A stretch of DNA of 64,000 nucleotides. Source: Candidatus Shapirobacteria bacterium (lineage in GTDB: Bacteria; Patescibacteriota; Microgenomatia; UBA12405). The stretch is taken from contig JAGOQF010000002.1 in NCBI GenBank assembly GCA_017991615.1, forward strand, positions 50,750 to 114,749, read 5' to 3'. Shown piece by piece: positions 19,134 to 29,595 of this stretch. Position 1 is the stretch's first letter. Every line of letters starts with the position of its first letter. Position numbers and translations under genes: made by a program. The notes beneath the pieces are model-generated. The model did not search any database. It was not told where the DNA came from and saw only the letters and a list, made by a program, of their open reading frames with translations.

Positions 19134-19550
19134 ATGAAAAACAAAAAAGTATATCGAAATCAAGATGATGAATTGGTGGCTGGGGTGTGTAGCGGACTGG
19201 CGGAATATTTTGAAATAGATGCTACTTTAATCAGGATTATTTTTATAGTTTTGGGAATAAGTGGTGGAAGTGGAATTTTGATTTATTTGATTTTGTGGTT
19301 ATTGATTCCTAGAAAAGATAAGATAAAAATAGAAAAAGAAATAGAAGGTAAGGCAGAAATAATAGCTAAAAAAATTAAAAAAGAAGTTAAAACCGAAAAA
19401 AGATCAGGTAATTTTTTTGGAATGATTTTGGTGATAATCGGTGGAGCCTTGCTTATAGAAGAAGTAGCACCTAAATTTATTAACTGGGACTATTTTTGGC
19501 CAGTGACGCTGATGACTCTGGGTTTTTATCTAATTTTTCGGAAAAGATAA
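19134..19550 (+). CDS. PspC-domain membrane protein
   Basis: 138 aa. RNQDDELVAGVCSGLAEYFEIDATLIRIIF is the canonical PspC domain, followed by TM helices. Confidence 0.6.
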   Translation: MKNKKVYRNQDDELVAGVCSGLAEYFEIDATLIRIIFIVLGISGGSGILIYLILWLLIPRKDKIKIEKEIEGKAEIIAKKIKKEVKTEKRSGNFFGMILVIIGGALLIEEVAPKFINWDYFWPVTLMTLGFYLIFRKR

Positions 19551-20072
19551 TTATTCCCGACAACAATCAAGAATTTTATTGATAACATTGCTAATGGAAC
19601 TGAGGAGGTCTTTTCGAGGGAGGGGTTTGTCGGCAGATTTGAATTTGGGTTTGACAGTGGATTGGTCAACTAAACCGAGATTAAGACCCCAAAAAAGGTT
19701 ATAAAGATCAAAAGATTTTTTGAAGTAAGAATTGGCTTCTTTTTTATCACCTTTGGTGAGGTGCTTAGTGCCAACCTCCATCAATCTCATAGAAGCGGCC
19801 AACAAATGTTTACTGATACACCAGACTTCGCCTTGACCTTCTTTGACAATTTTTTTCATCAGTTCTTTTCGCATTTCCCGGGCGGTGTTAAGAATGTCGA
19901 GGTATTTAACTTGACCCAACTTTTGGGAAGTAAAGAACATATGTTCTTCAATGCTAATGAGGTTCATAATGGCCATGGATAAATCTTCACCGGAAGAAAG
20001 ATCCATAAGATGGCCTTTTTCTAAATCTTTGGCTTTGTTGATAAATTTTTGGATGTCTTGATTGGTAACCAT
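19551..20072 (-). CDS. Hypothetical protein
   Basis: 173-aa ORF with no family call. Confidence 0.4.
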   Translation of the reverse strand: MVTNQDIQKFINKAKDLEKGHLMDLSSGEDLSMAIMNLISIEEHMFFTSQKLGQVKYLDILNTAREMRKELMKKIVKEGQGEVWCISKHLLAASMRLMEVGTKHLTKGDKKEANSYFKKSFDLYNLFWGLNLGLVDQSTVKPKFKSADKPLPRKDLLSSISNVINKILDCCRE

Positions 20073-20085
20073 AGTAATAAAAAAT

Positions 20086-20544
20086 TTATAATTTAAAAAT
20101 TAATTTAAAAATAAGGGTAAAAAAGGCTAAAATGCCAAGAGGAAAGATAACTTTTTGGAATTGAAAAAGAATTTTACCACCGTTGAGAAGCCGACTGCGG
20201 CGGTCAATAAAAATACCTAAACCCCAAATAAATAAACCTAAGGTCTGACCTAAAATAACTTTGTCAATTCCTAAAATTTTATTATTGATACCGCCGGTTT
20301 GACCGGTAAAAATAAAATAAAACAAGGTGAGAAGATATATGAGCAAGGAAAGAATAATAGGACTGCCAAAAACTCTGTGCTTAATTTTGCCAGCCAACCA
20401 GAAGGAAATGGCGGTATTAAAACCAGAAATCCATAAAGAAACCAAAAAATCGTCAATACCAAGTTTTTGGGCTAAAAGCATACCACCACCGACAGTAATA
20501 ATACAGACAGGACACTGAGCATAGGCGGCTTTGACAAAAATCAT
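20086..20544 (-). CDS. Hypothetical polytopic membrane protein
   Basis: 152 aa. N-terminal CPVC and four hydrophobic helices. Confidence 0.4.
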   Translation of the reverse strand: MIFVKAAYAQCPVCIITVGGGMLLAQKLGIDDFLVSLWISGFNTAISFWLAGKIKHRVFGSPIILSLLIYLLTLFYFIFTGQTGGINNKILGIDKVILGQTLGLFIWGLGIFIDRRSRLLNGGKILFQFQKVIFPLGILAFFTLIFKLIFKL

Positions 20545-20547
20545 AGT

Positions 20548-21402
20548 TTATTTTAACAAAAGAGGTTGACAGCGCGGACAATAAAAAGTCCCCCGACCCC
20601 CAAGACTAATCCTAACAATTGGAGTGTGGCAAACTGAACAAGGTTTGTTTTGACGTTGATAAACACGAAAATGATATTGATGTCGACCAAAACTGCCGTC
20701 GGGACGGATATATTTATTATCCTTGGCAGTGGAGCCACCGTGACGAATAGATTCTTTGATGAGCTTGATAAGATTTTTGTGAAGATTTTTAGCCTGAGAG
20801 AAGGTAAGTTGATTGGCTGGAGTTTGAGGATGGATTTGACTGAGAAACAGAGCATCGTTGGCGTAAATATTGCCAGTACCGGCAAATTTTTGTTGATCAA
20901 GAAGAACAACTTTAATGGGACGACGAGATAATTGAAGCTGGTTAAAAAAATAGGTCGAGGTAAATTTGGAATCTAGGAGATCGAGACCAACAGATTGTTG
21001 AAATTGAGCTAATTTTTTGGGGGTAAATAATTTAGCCCAACCGAATTTGCGTTGGTCGTTGAAATACATAATGGTGCCGTCGGAAAAAGTAAAGACAAGA
21101 CGGGTAGATTTATTGGGAAGATGGGATTTATCTTCCTTGGGAGTAGGATGACCCAAAACCGAGTCACCAAAAATGATTTGACCGGTCATTTTGAGATGAA
21201 AAAGAAGGATGAGATTATTTTTAAGATGAAGGGAAAGTTGCTTACCTAAACGAGAGGTACCAACAATGGTTTGATGTTTAAGCTGTTGAGGTTGACCGAT
21301 AAAAGATTTGGGGGTAAGAACCTCGAGACTGGTAATGGTTTTACCGACGATATTTTGGTCTAAAAACTGACGGACAACTTCAACTTCAGGGAGTTCAGGC
21401 AT
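20548..21402 (-). CDS. mutM: Formamidopyrimidine-DNA glycosylase (Fpg/MutM)
   Basis: 284 aa. N-terminal MPELPEVE (catalytic Pro2/Glu3), H2TH region, and a C-terminal zinc finger CSVCHTPI...CPRCQ. Confidence 0.85.
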   Translation of the reverse strand: MPELPEVEVVRQFLDQNIVGKTITSLEVLTPKSFIGQPQQLKHQTIVGTSRLGKQLSLHLKNNLILLFHLKMTGQIIFGDSVLGHPTPKEDKSHLPNKSTRLVFTFSDGTIMYFNDQRKFGWAKLFTPKKLAQFQQSVGLDLLDSKFTSTYFFNQLQLSRRPIKVVLLDQQKFAGTGNIYANDALFLSQIHPQTPANQLTFSQAKNLHKNLIKLIKESIRHGGSTAKDNKYIRPDGSFGRHQYHFRVYQRQNKPCSVCHTPIVRISLGGRGTFYCPRCQPLLLK

Positions 21403-21497
21403 GGAGATAGTTTATCAAGTTTGTCAAGTTCATCAAGTTTGTCAAGTTCATCAAGTTATAAAGTATAGGAAATATTTTGGATTTTTTAGGGATTGGA
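21403..21497. repeat. 9-bp-periodic tandem repeat (GTTnnTCAA x about 6)
   Basis: gtttatcaa gtttgtcaa gttcatcaa gtttgtcaa gttcatcaa gttataaag read directly. The same family recurs at 37.2, 43.3 and 62.8 kb. Confidence 0.7.
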
Positions 21498-22418
21498 TTA
21501 GATGAGGTCGTCAAGGTCGATGGTGGAGAGGTGTTTGTTTTTGGCTAAATGATCGACAGCCACAGTCATATCGGCGAGATTGTCTTTGATTTCAGAAAAA
21601 GAATTGAGATAGGTTTGAAGAGAACTAGCATAACCCATAACTAAAACGACATCGGAAATTTGCCAAATGTGGGAGTAAACCGAGATGGCACTGTAGGCGA
21701 GAATAAGGGAATAAAAAAAGACGGCGACATTTTGGATAGAAAACCACTCAACAAAGCTCCAGTTGCAGATGCGAGTAAAATGACGAACATAAGCTTTTTG
21801 TTCTAGTTCAACATCGTTAGATTCTTGAAATTTACTGTAATAATTTTCAATTTTAGTGTTTTGAATATCCTTGAGTTTGATGTAACGCTGAGTAGTGTAA
21901 TAGTCGACAATAAAATAAACCAAAATATAACTAATAAAGAGAACTAGAACCCTAATATCAACAAAATAAAGAATAATAGGGATCGTCACCAGAGAAACTA
22001 TAGAATCAATTCCAGGCTGACGAAAAAGAGTTAAAGTCATTTTGCTGGCATCGGCAAAATTGCGGATAGCTTGGATAGTTTGGTTACGTTCTTCTTTGTT
22101 TTTAGTGTGAATATCTTGGGAAAAAAAATTATGAATATCGAAACCAATATTACTGATGCATTGATTTAAAGCTTCAAGAGATTTAAGGCGAACAAAATTA
22201 TCTAAGAGACGAACAATGAAAATCAAAAGAATAAGAAAAAAAACTGAACTAAAAATAACCTGTTTTTCGACTTGATCAATAACCTGAGAATAAAGATAAA
22301 TGGTCAAAAGTGGCAAAAGAGCTGATAAAAAACGAATAAAAACCCAAAATAAAAATCGTTTTTTATCCTGAATGATTTTAAAAATAAGGAATAGAGTAAT
22401 TTTAGTTTTTTTGATCAT
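21498..22418 (-). CDS. Membrane protein resembling an ABC-exporter transmembrane domain (no ATPase domain)
   Basis: 306 aa with six predicted helices. The N-terminus resembles the TMD start of ABC exporters. No Walker motifs. Confidence 0.35.
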   Translation of the reverse strand: MIKKTKITLFLIFKIIQDKKRFLFWVFIRFLSALLPLLTIYLYSQVIDQVEKQVIFSSVFFLILLIFIVRLLDNFVRLKSLEALNQCISNIGFDIHNFFSQDIHTKNKEERNQTIQAIRNFADASKMTLTLFRQPGIDSIVSLVTIPIILYFVDIRVLVLFISYILVYFIVDYYTTQRYIKLKDIQNTKIENYYSKFQESNDVELEQKAYVRHFTRICNWSFVEWFSIQNVAVFFYSLILAYSAISVYSHIWQISDVVLVMGYASSLQTYLNSFSEIKDNLADMTVAVDHLAKNKHLSTIDLDDLI

Positions 22419-22482
22419 GACCTAATAAAATATTAGAGTAAAGGCTAAAAAAGTAAAGCTAATAGGATGCTAAAATGGAGTC

Positions 22483-23430
22483 ATGACAGAAAATAAACAA
22501 ATTTTAGATACATTGATAATCGGGTCGGGTCCGGCAGGACTGACAGCGGCAATTTATAACTCAAGAGCGAATTTAAAAACAATGGTGATTGCTGGCAATC
22601 AACCAGGAGGACAGCTAACCATTACAACCTTGGTGGATAATTATCCTGGCTTCCCTACCGGTGTGGGTGGATTGAAATTGATGATGGATATGCAACAACA
22701 GGTGAAGAATTTTGGGGTGGAAATAAAACAAGGGGTGGTGACGGCGATTAACAAGATTGACGGCTCAGCAAACTTTAGAGTAAAACTGGAAAGCGGAGAA
22801 GAAATAGAAACAAAAACAGTGATTGTAACTACCGGAGCGGCAGTTAAATGGTTGGGGTTGCCTGGGGAAAAAGAATTGATCGGTCGAGGAATCAGCGGTT
22901 GCGCTACCTGCGATGGGATGTTTTTTAGAGGCAAAACAGTGGCGGTGGTTGGTGGAGGAGATACAGCCTGCGAAGAAGCTGATTTTTTGGCGAAAATATG
23001 TCAAAAAGTTTATTTAATTCACCGACGAGACGAATTGAGAGCTTCGGCAACAGAGCAAAAAAAAGTGTTAAACAATCCTAAAATAGAAATTTGGTGGAAC
23101 AGCGAAGTAAAAGGCTTAAAAGGAAAAGAAAAATTGGAGGCAGTGGAGGTGATTAATAATAAAACTCAAGAAAAAAAGGAATTGATTTTGGACGGGTTGT
23201 TTGTGGCCATCGGCAGTCAACCGGCAACAGAATTTTTGAAAGGATTGGTAGAACTAAGCCCAACAGGACAGGTATTAACTGGGGGTGATAAAAATTGGGT
23301 GACTATGACCAGTGTGCCGGGGATTTTTGCTGGCGGAGATTGTGTTAACAACCGTCATAAACAGGCAATTGTGGCAGCAGGAGAAGGTTGCCGGGCGGCT
23401 TTGGATGCAGAAAATTGGTTGAATAGCTAG
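22483..23430 (+). CDS. trxB: Thioredoxin-disulfide reductase
   Basis: 315 aa. FAD motif IIGSGPAGLTAAIY, redox-active CATC, NADPH motif VVGGGDTACEEA. Confidence 0.85.
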   Translation: MTENKQILDTLIIGSGPAGLTAAIYNSRANLKTMVIAGNQPGGQLTITTLVDNYPGFPTGVGGLKLMMDMQQQVKNFGVEIKQGVVTAINKIDGSANFRVKLESGEEIETKTVIVTTGAAVKWLGLPGEKELIGRGISGCATCDGMFFRGKTVAVVGGGDTACEEADFLAKICQKVYLIHRRDELRASATEQKKVLNNPKIEIWWNSEVKGLKGKEKLEAVEVINNKTQEKKELILDGLFVAIGSQPATEFLKGLVELSPTGQVLTGGDKNWVTMTSVPGIFAGGDCVNNRHKQAIVAAGEGCRAALDAENWLNS

Positions 23431-23465
23431 TATCTGGTATTTAGTATTTGGTATTTAGTATAAAA

Positions 23466-24623
23466 CTAACAATTAGAGTTTTTTGAATTCTTAAAGGTTA
23501 GTTGATTTTTTGAAACAAGTTTTTTGATTTTTTGAATAAAGGTTTGGGTGGAGAACTTGGCGGCGCGGGAAATGCAATCAGACGGGTTGATGTTTAATTT
23601 TTGAAATTTTTGGATAGCTTGGGCGCAAGACTGAGGGGTAAGTTGGTCAAAAAAGACACCAGTTTTGCCGTCAATAACGGTTTCAGTGACTCCGCCGCTA
23701 CGGTAAGCAATAACCGGGCAACCATAACTCATTGATTCAACCGGGACGATACCAAAATCTTCCTGATCGGCGGAGAAAATAAAGGCTTGAGCGTTACGAT
23801 AAAGCTGAGATTTAGTCTCTTGATCGACTTCACCAACAAATTCAATGGTGGGTCCGGAAATTTGTTTGAGTTGATTTAAAACTCCGGAAAAATCGCGGCC
23901 AAAAATTTTTAATTTCAAATTGAGCTGATTACAAGCATTGATGGCAATATCAAAACGTTTAGCTTGAGCCAAACGACCGCCAGCAAGAAAGTATTTAGTA
24001 TTTGGTATTAAGTATTTAGTATTTTGAGATTTGGGGAGATCAACGGGGGGATTGATAACGATAGCTTGACGACGATAAAACTTTTGGATACGAGCGGCGG
24101 TAGTGCGAGAATTAGCGATATATTGGTCAACATTTTGGGAATGATGAAAATCGCGAAGACGAAGGAAGTGATTTAAAATATTAATAAAAAATTTAACGAT
24201 AGGGTTTTGGGTAAAACGACGGGCGGTAGGCAGACCGTAGAGATAACGAGGCGGAGTGTGACAATAACAAATAAGTTTGGCTGATTTTTTGTTTAGAGAA
24301 TTGGGAAAATAAGCGCCGGTGGCAGAGGTAATAATAATATCAAAATCAGAAAAATCAAAAGATTTGAAAGCTAACGGAGAAATCAAACGGAGCGGACTGA
24401 TGATTTTGTGAGCAAAGGGAATAAATTTAAAAAAACTTTGATGAATTCGATGATCCCATTTTTGACGAAGACGAGATTGATGAGGACCAAGAGAAGCGGG
24501 ATGATAGATGGATGTAAAAATGGGAGCTTTTGGAAAAATATCAGAAAGAGTTTCTAAAACACTTTCGGCGCCGCCGAACTCTTTGATATAGTCTTGAACT
24601 AGAGCAATTTTAGGAGAAGACAT
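23466..24623 (-). CDS. Glycosyltransferase family 4 (GT-B, group 1)
   Basis: 385 aa. EDFGIVPVESMSYGCPVIAYRSGGVTETV is the GT4 C-terminal EX7E region. Contains an internal copy of an intergenic repeat. Confidence 0.7.
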   Translation of the reverse strand: MSSPKIALVQDYIKEFGGAESVLETLSDIFPKAPIFTSIYHPASLGPHQSRLRQKWDHRIHQSFFKFIPFAHKIISPLRLISPLAFKSFDFSDFDIIITSATGAYFPNSLNKKSAKLICYCHTPPRYLYGLPTARRFTQNPIVKFFINILNHFLRLRDFHHSQNVDQYIANSRTTAARIQKFYRRQAIVINPPVDLPKSQNTKYLIPNTKYFLAGGRLAQAKRFDIAINACNQLNLKLKIFGRDFSGVLNQLKQISGPTIEFVGEVDQETKSQLYRNAQAFIFSADQEDFGIVPVESMSYGCPVIAYRSGGVTETVIDGKTGVFFDQLTPQSCAQAIQKFQKLNINPSDCISRAAKFSTQTFIQKIKKLVSKNQLTFKNSKNSNC

Positions 24624-24625
24624 AA

Positions 24626-25516
24626 TTAAAAAAGGCTTGACTGGCGGGGCTGATTGATTTGATCCAGCCGAGCCACCAAGGATTTAAAATTATAACCAGC
24701 AAGAGTTTGTCGGAGACTGATAAGCAATTTTTTATCCCAAATAGAGTCTTTAAACTTGAATTTAAGAGGGATATTATCAATCAGAAAAGCCAGTTTTTGA
24801 GATAAATAAGCATTATCTTTGTCACGAGTTAATTTTTGGCGAAGGGAAGGTTTAATCTCGTCGAGATGTTGATAAATAGAGTCGAGACTGTCATAGGTAG
24901 AAAGAAGGTCAGAGGCGGCTTTGGGACCGATACCGGCAACGCCGGGATAATTGTCGGACATATCCCCCATCAAAGCTTTGAGATCAACAACTTGGTGGGG
25001 ATAAACACCGAGTTTATCAAAGACATCCTGAGGTTGAAATAATTTAGTTTCTGATAAACCACGAAGAGGCATTAAAAGAGAGGTTTTGGTGTCAACTAGT
25101 TGGAGCAGGTCTTTGTCGCCGGTAATAATAATGGTTTGGCTAACAAATTTTTTGTTTTGGGCACGACGAGAAACAGTGGCAATTAAATCATCGGCTTCGT
25201 AGCCGCCAAAGGAAAAAGTAGTGATGTTGGCATCGGCTAGAGAGGAAGCTAAAAGTGGCAATTGGGAAACCAAGGAATGGTCGGCAGGTTTGCGTTTGGC
25301 ACGGTAACCAACAAACTCCGATTGACGGAAAGTGGGACCGGGAGAATCAAGACAGACAATAAGATATCTGGGGTTAAGTTGAGTGAGAGCAGAAATCAAC
25401 ATGGAATAGAAACCGTAAAGAGCATTAACAGGTTGACCGTTAAAATCTAAGTCGGGAATGGAGTGGTAGGCTCGATGAATAATGGCGTGACCGTCAATAA
25501 GTAAGAGTTTAGACAT
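24626..25516 (-). CDS. 5'-3' exonuclease / flap endonuclease (stand-alone Pol I N-terminal-domain homologue)
   Basis: 296 aa. MSKLLLIDGHAIIHRAYHS N-terminus, acidic metal-binding clusters, and an H3TH region (GVAGIGPKAASDLL). Confidence 0.75.
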   Translation of the reverse strand: MSKLLLIDGHAIIHRAYHSIPDLDFNGQPVNALYGFYSMLISALTQLNPRYLIVCLDSPGPTFRQSEFVGYRAKRKPADHSLVSQLPLLASSLADANITTFSFGGYEADDLIATVSRRAQNKKFVSQTIIITGDKDLLQLVDTKTSLLMPLRGLSETKLFQPQDVFDKLGVYPHQVVDLKALMGDMSDNYPGVAGIGPKAASDLLSTYDSLDSIYQHLDEIKPSLRQKLTRDKDNAYLSQKLAFLIDNIPLKFKFKDSIWDKKLLISLRQTLAGYNFKSLVARLDQINQPRQSSLF

Positions 25517-25564
25517 AAGCTAGTTTACCAAAGACGTTTTAGCTAGAAACTGATAGAATTTAGT

Positions 25565-26509
25565 ATGGAACAACATCCAATTCCACAGCAAATTTCGTCC
25601 TACGAATTTAAGCTGGTGGGAGAAATGACATTAAAACAATTTTTAAAAGCAGCGGGTGGAATTTTGCTGGCAGTATTGATAAATTCGACTAAAATAGTGG
25701 CGTTTATAAAATGGCCATTGATGTTGTTTTTTGGAGGATTAGGATTATTGTTGGCATTTGTACCGTTTGAAGATAGACCACTAGAAACTTGGATTACAGC
25801 CTTTATTAAATCAATTTATTCACCGACGATATTTTTATACAAGAAAAAAAATGATAATAGCTGGTTAGAATTTGAAACCAAGCAGACAGGAACAGATGAG
25901 AATGAACCTGAAGAAGCAGTTGAAAGTAGGGATTTATTTGTGTCAGCGGTTAAGGATACAAATCTGGCTAAGGAAAGGTTTATCAGGGAAAAATTTCGTT
26001 TGGGGAGAAAAAATAAAAGATTGGCCGGAGAAACAGAAAAAGATACAGTTGAAGAAGCAACAGCAACGGTGTTAAAAACAACGGAGCCGACAGTGACGGA
26101 AAAAACTTTGGCACAGTCAACAAAAAAAGAGGAGGAAAGAACGACTGATTGGAGGGATGAAAAAGCTAACTTAAATTTAAAAACAGAAAAATTGAAAGCA
26201 ACAGGAAAAGCGGTTTTTGGGTCAATTCCAATGCCGGACAGACCAGATACTGCTAATGTGATTGTAGGGATGGCAACAACTTCTGAAGGAAAAATTATTG
26301 ACGGAGTAATTGTAGAAATCCAAGACAGCCATGGCAACCCAGCAAGAGTTATAAAGACTAACCTATTGGGACAATTTAAAATTTCAACTCCACTTAGTAA
26401 TGGTAGATATTTGATTATTGCTGAAAAAGATGGTTATGAATTTAACCGAGTTAATATTGATTTAACGGGTAAAATAGTCGATCCAATTAGGATTATTGCT
26501 AATAATTAG
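25565..26509 (+). CDS. PrgI-like T4SS-associated membrane protein with C-terminal carboxypeptidase-regulatory-like beta-sandwich
   Basis: 314 aa. N-terminal HPIPQQISSYEFKLVGEMTLKQF followed by two TM helices resembles PrgI-family proteins found 5' of VirB4 genes. The C-terminus GVIVEIQDSHGNPARVIKTNLLGQFKI is CarboxypepD_reg-like. Confidence 0.45.
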   Translation: MEQHPIPQQISSYEFKLVGEMTLKQFLKAAGGILLAVLINSTKIVAFIKWPLMLFFGGLGLLLAFVPFEDRPLETWITAFIKSIYSPTIFLYKKKNDNSWLEFETKQTGTDENEPEEAVESRDLFVSAVKDTNLAKERFIREKFRLGRKNKRLAGETEKDTVEEATATVLKTTEPTVTEKTLAQSTKKEEERTTDWRDEKANLNLKTEKLKATGKAVFGSIPMPDRPDTANVIVGMATTSEGKIIDGVIVEIQDSHGNPARVIKTNLLGQFKISTPLSNGRYLIIAEKDGYEFNRVNIDLTGKIVDPIRIIANN

Positions 26510-26525
26510 TTTATGATTAATAAAG

Positions 26526-27221
26526 ATGACCACTGATCCATTAAAAATAGCTATAAAAGGGAGTACTCAAGACCATTTACCGATTGAAGATATTGTTGAC
26601 GGAGTGGTGATAATGAAAGACGGATCATGCGCTTCGATTATGCAGATATCATCGGTAAATTTTGATCTATTGTCGGAAAAAGAACAATCGGCGTTGGTGG
26701 CGGCTTATGGGGGAATTTTAAACTCTTTAAATTTTCCGATTCAGATTGTAGTTAAGTCCAGTACTAAGGATGTGGGAGTTTACTTAAAAAGATTATTAGA
26801 AGCGGAAAAAAAACAGACTAATAAGTTACTTAAGGAAAGAATTAAAAACTATCGAAAATTTATTGATGAAACAGTAAAGAAAAATGATGTCTTATCAAAG
26901 ACTTTTTATATAGTAATTAAATTTTCTTCATTGGAATTGGGAATAAAAACAGCGGGAGTTCAAACTATTACCAATTTGTTTAACAAAAAGGTTACTAGTC
27001 TACCCTACCCTAAGGCAGAAATTTTGGAAAAAGCTAAAGCTAGTCTAGAACCAAAGAGAGATCATTTAGTAAGATTATTTTCTAGGTTGGGGTTAGAAAT
27101 AATCCCGCTGACAAATAGACAATCGATTGAGTTGTTCTATAAAATATATAATGAGGAAGTGGCGACCAATCAAAAAATGGAAACAATTAATTATCAAAAC
27201 CCAATAGTTACAACAAAATAA
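26526..27221 (+). CDS. Hypothetical protein (T4SS locus)
   Basis: 231 aa. Directly upstream of and translationally coupled (2-nt gap) to the VirB4-like gene. Confidence 0.35.
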   Translation: MTTDPLKIAIKGSTQDHLPIEDIVDGVVIMKDGSCASIMQISSVNFDLLSEKEQSALVAAYGGILNSLNFPIQIVVKSSTKDVGVYLKRLLEAEKKQTNKLLKERIKNYRKFIDETVKKNDVLSKTFYIVIKFSSLELGIKTAGVQTITNLFNKKVTSLPYPKAEILEKAKASLEPKRDHLVRLFSRLGLEIIPLTNRQSIELFYKIYNEEVATNQKMETINYQNPIVTTK

Positions 27222-27222
27222 T

Positions 27223-29511
27223 ATGTTATTTGGCAAAAAAAATAAAAAAACAACTGAACCGACAGTGGGACAAAAACTGACGGGAACAGATAATAGGCCA
27301 GAAACTGAAGGGAAAAAACCATTTAATGAAGGTTTGGTATCAACAAAGGATATTATTGCGCCAGCGTCGTTGGAGGTGGATTTTAATCATATCAGAATTG
27401 ACAATAAGTACTATCGGACATTATTTGTAGCCTCATATCCGCGATTTGTGGGAATAAACTGGTTGTCATCCCTGATTAATTTTGATGCCACTTTGAGTGT
27501 ATCAATGTATATTTATCCAACTGATGGTAAGGCGATTTTGGACGATTTGAGAAGGAAGATCACTGAGATGGAGGCTGAGATTAGTACTGATATCCAAAGA
27601 GGGCGGATAGTTAATCCAGCAACTCAAGCAAAATTGGAAGATGCGCTGAATTTGCAAGCAGATCTGGTTAAGGGAGAGGAAAGATTTTTTCAATTTGGAT
27701 TATATATTACTATTTCAGCAGACACTAAGGAAGAATTGGATAAGATTAATAAAAATCTAGAAGCAACGTTAGGATCACTTTTAATGGTAAGTAAAAGGGC
27801 AACTTTACAAATGGAAGATGGATTTATTACTGGACTACCAGTAGGTGACGACAGATTGAATATTACCAGAAATATGGATACGACTTCGCTGGCAACTACT
27901 TTTCCATTTGTATCTTCAGATCTATCGGATGATAAGGGAATAATGTATGGAATTAACATTCATAATAGTTCATTGGTAATTTTTGACCGATTCTCAATGC
28001 AGAACTATAACTCAGTAGTTTTTGCAACAGCTGGTGCTGGTAAGTCTTATATGATTAAATTGGAAGTGTTGAGATCACTAATGTTGGGGACGGAGATTAT
28101 TGTAATTGATCCAGAAAATGAATATCGGGATTTAGCAGAAGCAGTGGGAGGTCAATACATTGCTTTTGGTTATGGTGAAGGGTCAAAAATAAATCCATTT
28201 GATTTGTCACTGGTAGAAGAAGAGGGAGAAAATGCTCTAAACAGCAAGGTGTTGTCGATTCACCGATTGATGAAAATTATGTTAGGAAATATGGATCCAA
28301 TGGAAGAGTCAATTCTAGATCAGGCAATGATGGATGCTTATAAAATGAAAGGAATAACTCCGGATCCGACAACTCAAGATAGAGAACCACCATTAATTGA
28401 GGATGTTTATAAATCATTAATTGGGATGGAAGAAGAAAAAGCTAAAATGCTGGCGGCGAGAATGGAAAAATATATTAAAGGTTCATTTGCAGGCATTTTC
28501 AATCAAAAAACAACAATTAATTTAGTAAATCCGTTTGTAGTCTTTGGAATTAAGAATTTAGAGGATAGTTTACGACCGGTAGCTATGAACATAATTTTGG
28601 ACTATATTTGGACGGTAGTTAAAAAGAGTTTAAAGAAAAGAATTTTAGTGGTGGATGAGGCTTGGTATTTGATGCAATATGATGACTCAGCGGCATTTTT
28701 GAGAGGGATTGTAAAACGGGGTCGAAAATATTATCTGGGGGTGACGACAATTACCCAAGATGTAGATGATTTTTTGAAAACTGATTATGGTAAAGAAATT
28801 GTAACTAACAGCGCTATTCAAATTTTATTAAAACAACACGCGGCGGCGATTGATCAAATTGGAGAAGTATTTTATTTAAGTCAAGGAGAAAAACAATTAT
28901 TATTGACGGCCGACAAAGGTCAAGGAATATTTTTCGCCGGACAAAATCATGTGGCAATTCAAGTAATCTCTTCTGAAGAAGAACATAACTTAATTACCTC
29001 CAACCCAGAAGAAGTATTAAATAAGAGAAAAATAGCTACAGAAAAACCAGTAAGACCGGATTTAAAAGAAGAAAAGAAGAATATTACCTCGACCCCCCTA
29101 CCACCGAAACCTGAACCAGTGATGGAAAAAATGGTTGAATCAAAAAAAGAGGCAAATAATGAAATGGATGTAGAAACAATTTTACAAAGGAAAATTGAAA
29201 ATTTGGAACAAAAAGAAAATGAGTTATTGCAAGAAAAAATACCAAAGGGAAAATTTGAAGGAGAAATAAAAATTAATCAATCAAAACCAGAACCAGTTAG
29301 GTTTGTACCACCACTCAAGCCGGAAATAGTTAAACCTGAGGAAAAACAAAAACCAATATTTATTGCTGGAGAAGAAACAAAAGTACCACAACCACCACAA
29401 TTAATTAAAAAACCAACACCGGTTTTTGAAGACAAAAAAGATAAAAATCAATCAGAGGGAGAAAAAAGCGGATTAAATTATGATGATTTGTTTGATAATG
29501 GGATTGTATAA
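27223..29511 (+). CDS. VirB4/TraC/CagE-family conjugal-transfer ATPase with K/E/P-rich C-terminal extension
   Basis: 762 aa. Walker A FATAGAGKSYMIK, Walker B ILVVDEAWYL, and VirB4-like N-terminal region. Low-complexity tail from about residue 590. Confidence 0.75.
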   Translation: MLFGKKNKKTTEPTVGQKLTGTDNRPETEGKKPFNEGLVSTKDIIAPASLEVDFNHIRIDNKYYRTLFVASYPRFVGINWLSSLINFDATLSVSMYIYPTDGKAILDDLRRKITEMEAEISTDIQRGRIVNPATQAKLEDALNLQADLVKGEERFFQFGLYITISADTKEELDKINKNLEATLGSLLMVSKRATLQMEDGFITGLPVGDDRLNITRNMDTTSLATTFPFVSSDLSDDKGIMYGINIHNSSLVIFDRFSMQNYNSVVFATAGAGKSYMIKLEVLRSLMLGTEIIVIDPENEYRDLAEAVGGQYIAFGYGEGSKINPFDLSLVEEEGENALNSKVLSIHRLMKIMLGNMDPMEESILDQAMMDAYKMKGITPDPTTQDREPPLIEDVYKSLIGMEEEKAKMLAARMEKYIKGSFAGIFNQKTTINLVNPFVVFGIKNLEDSLRPVAMNIILDYIWTVVKKSLKKRILVVDEAWYLMQYDDSAAFLRGIVKRGRKYYLGVTTITQDVDDFLKTDYGKEIVTNSAIQILLKQHAAAIDQIGEVFYLSQGEKQLLLTADKGQGIFFAGQNHVAIQVISSEEEHNLITSNPEEVLNKRKIATEKPVRPDLKEEKKNITSTPLPPKPEPVMEKMVESKKEANNEMDVETILQRKIENLEQKENELLQEKIPKGKFEGEIKINQSKPEPVRFVPPLKPEIVKPEEKQKPIFIAGEETKVPQPPQLIKKPTPVFEDKKDKNQSEGEKSGLNYDDLFDNGIV

Positions 29512-29595
29512 TCCTTTGGGTAAAGATTGATATAATTTTGGGTAATAGTGCGATATTAAAAAAAATAAAAAAACAAGGTTAGAGACAAAAGCAAA

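Noticed and set aside
25816-26337. 173-aa antisense ORF within the PrgI-like gene, plus 25872..26075 + (67 aa)
   Set aside because: It is an S/V/F-rich shadow ORF of the K/E/T-rich linker region of the sense gene, with no independent support.
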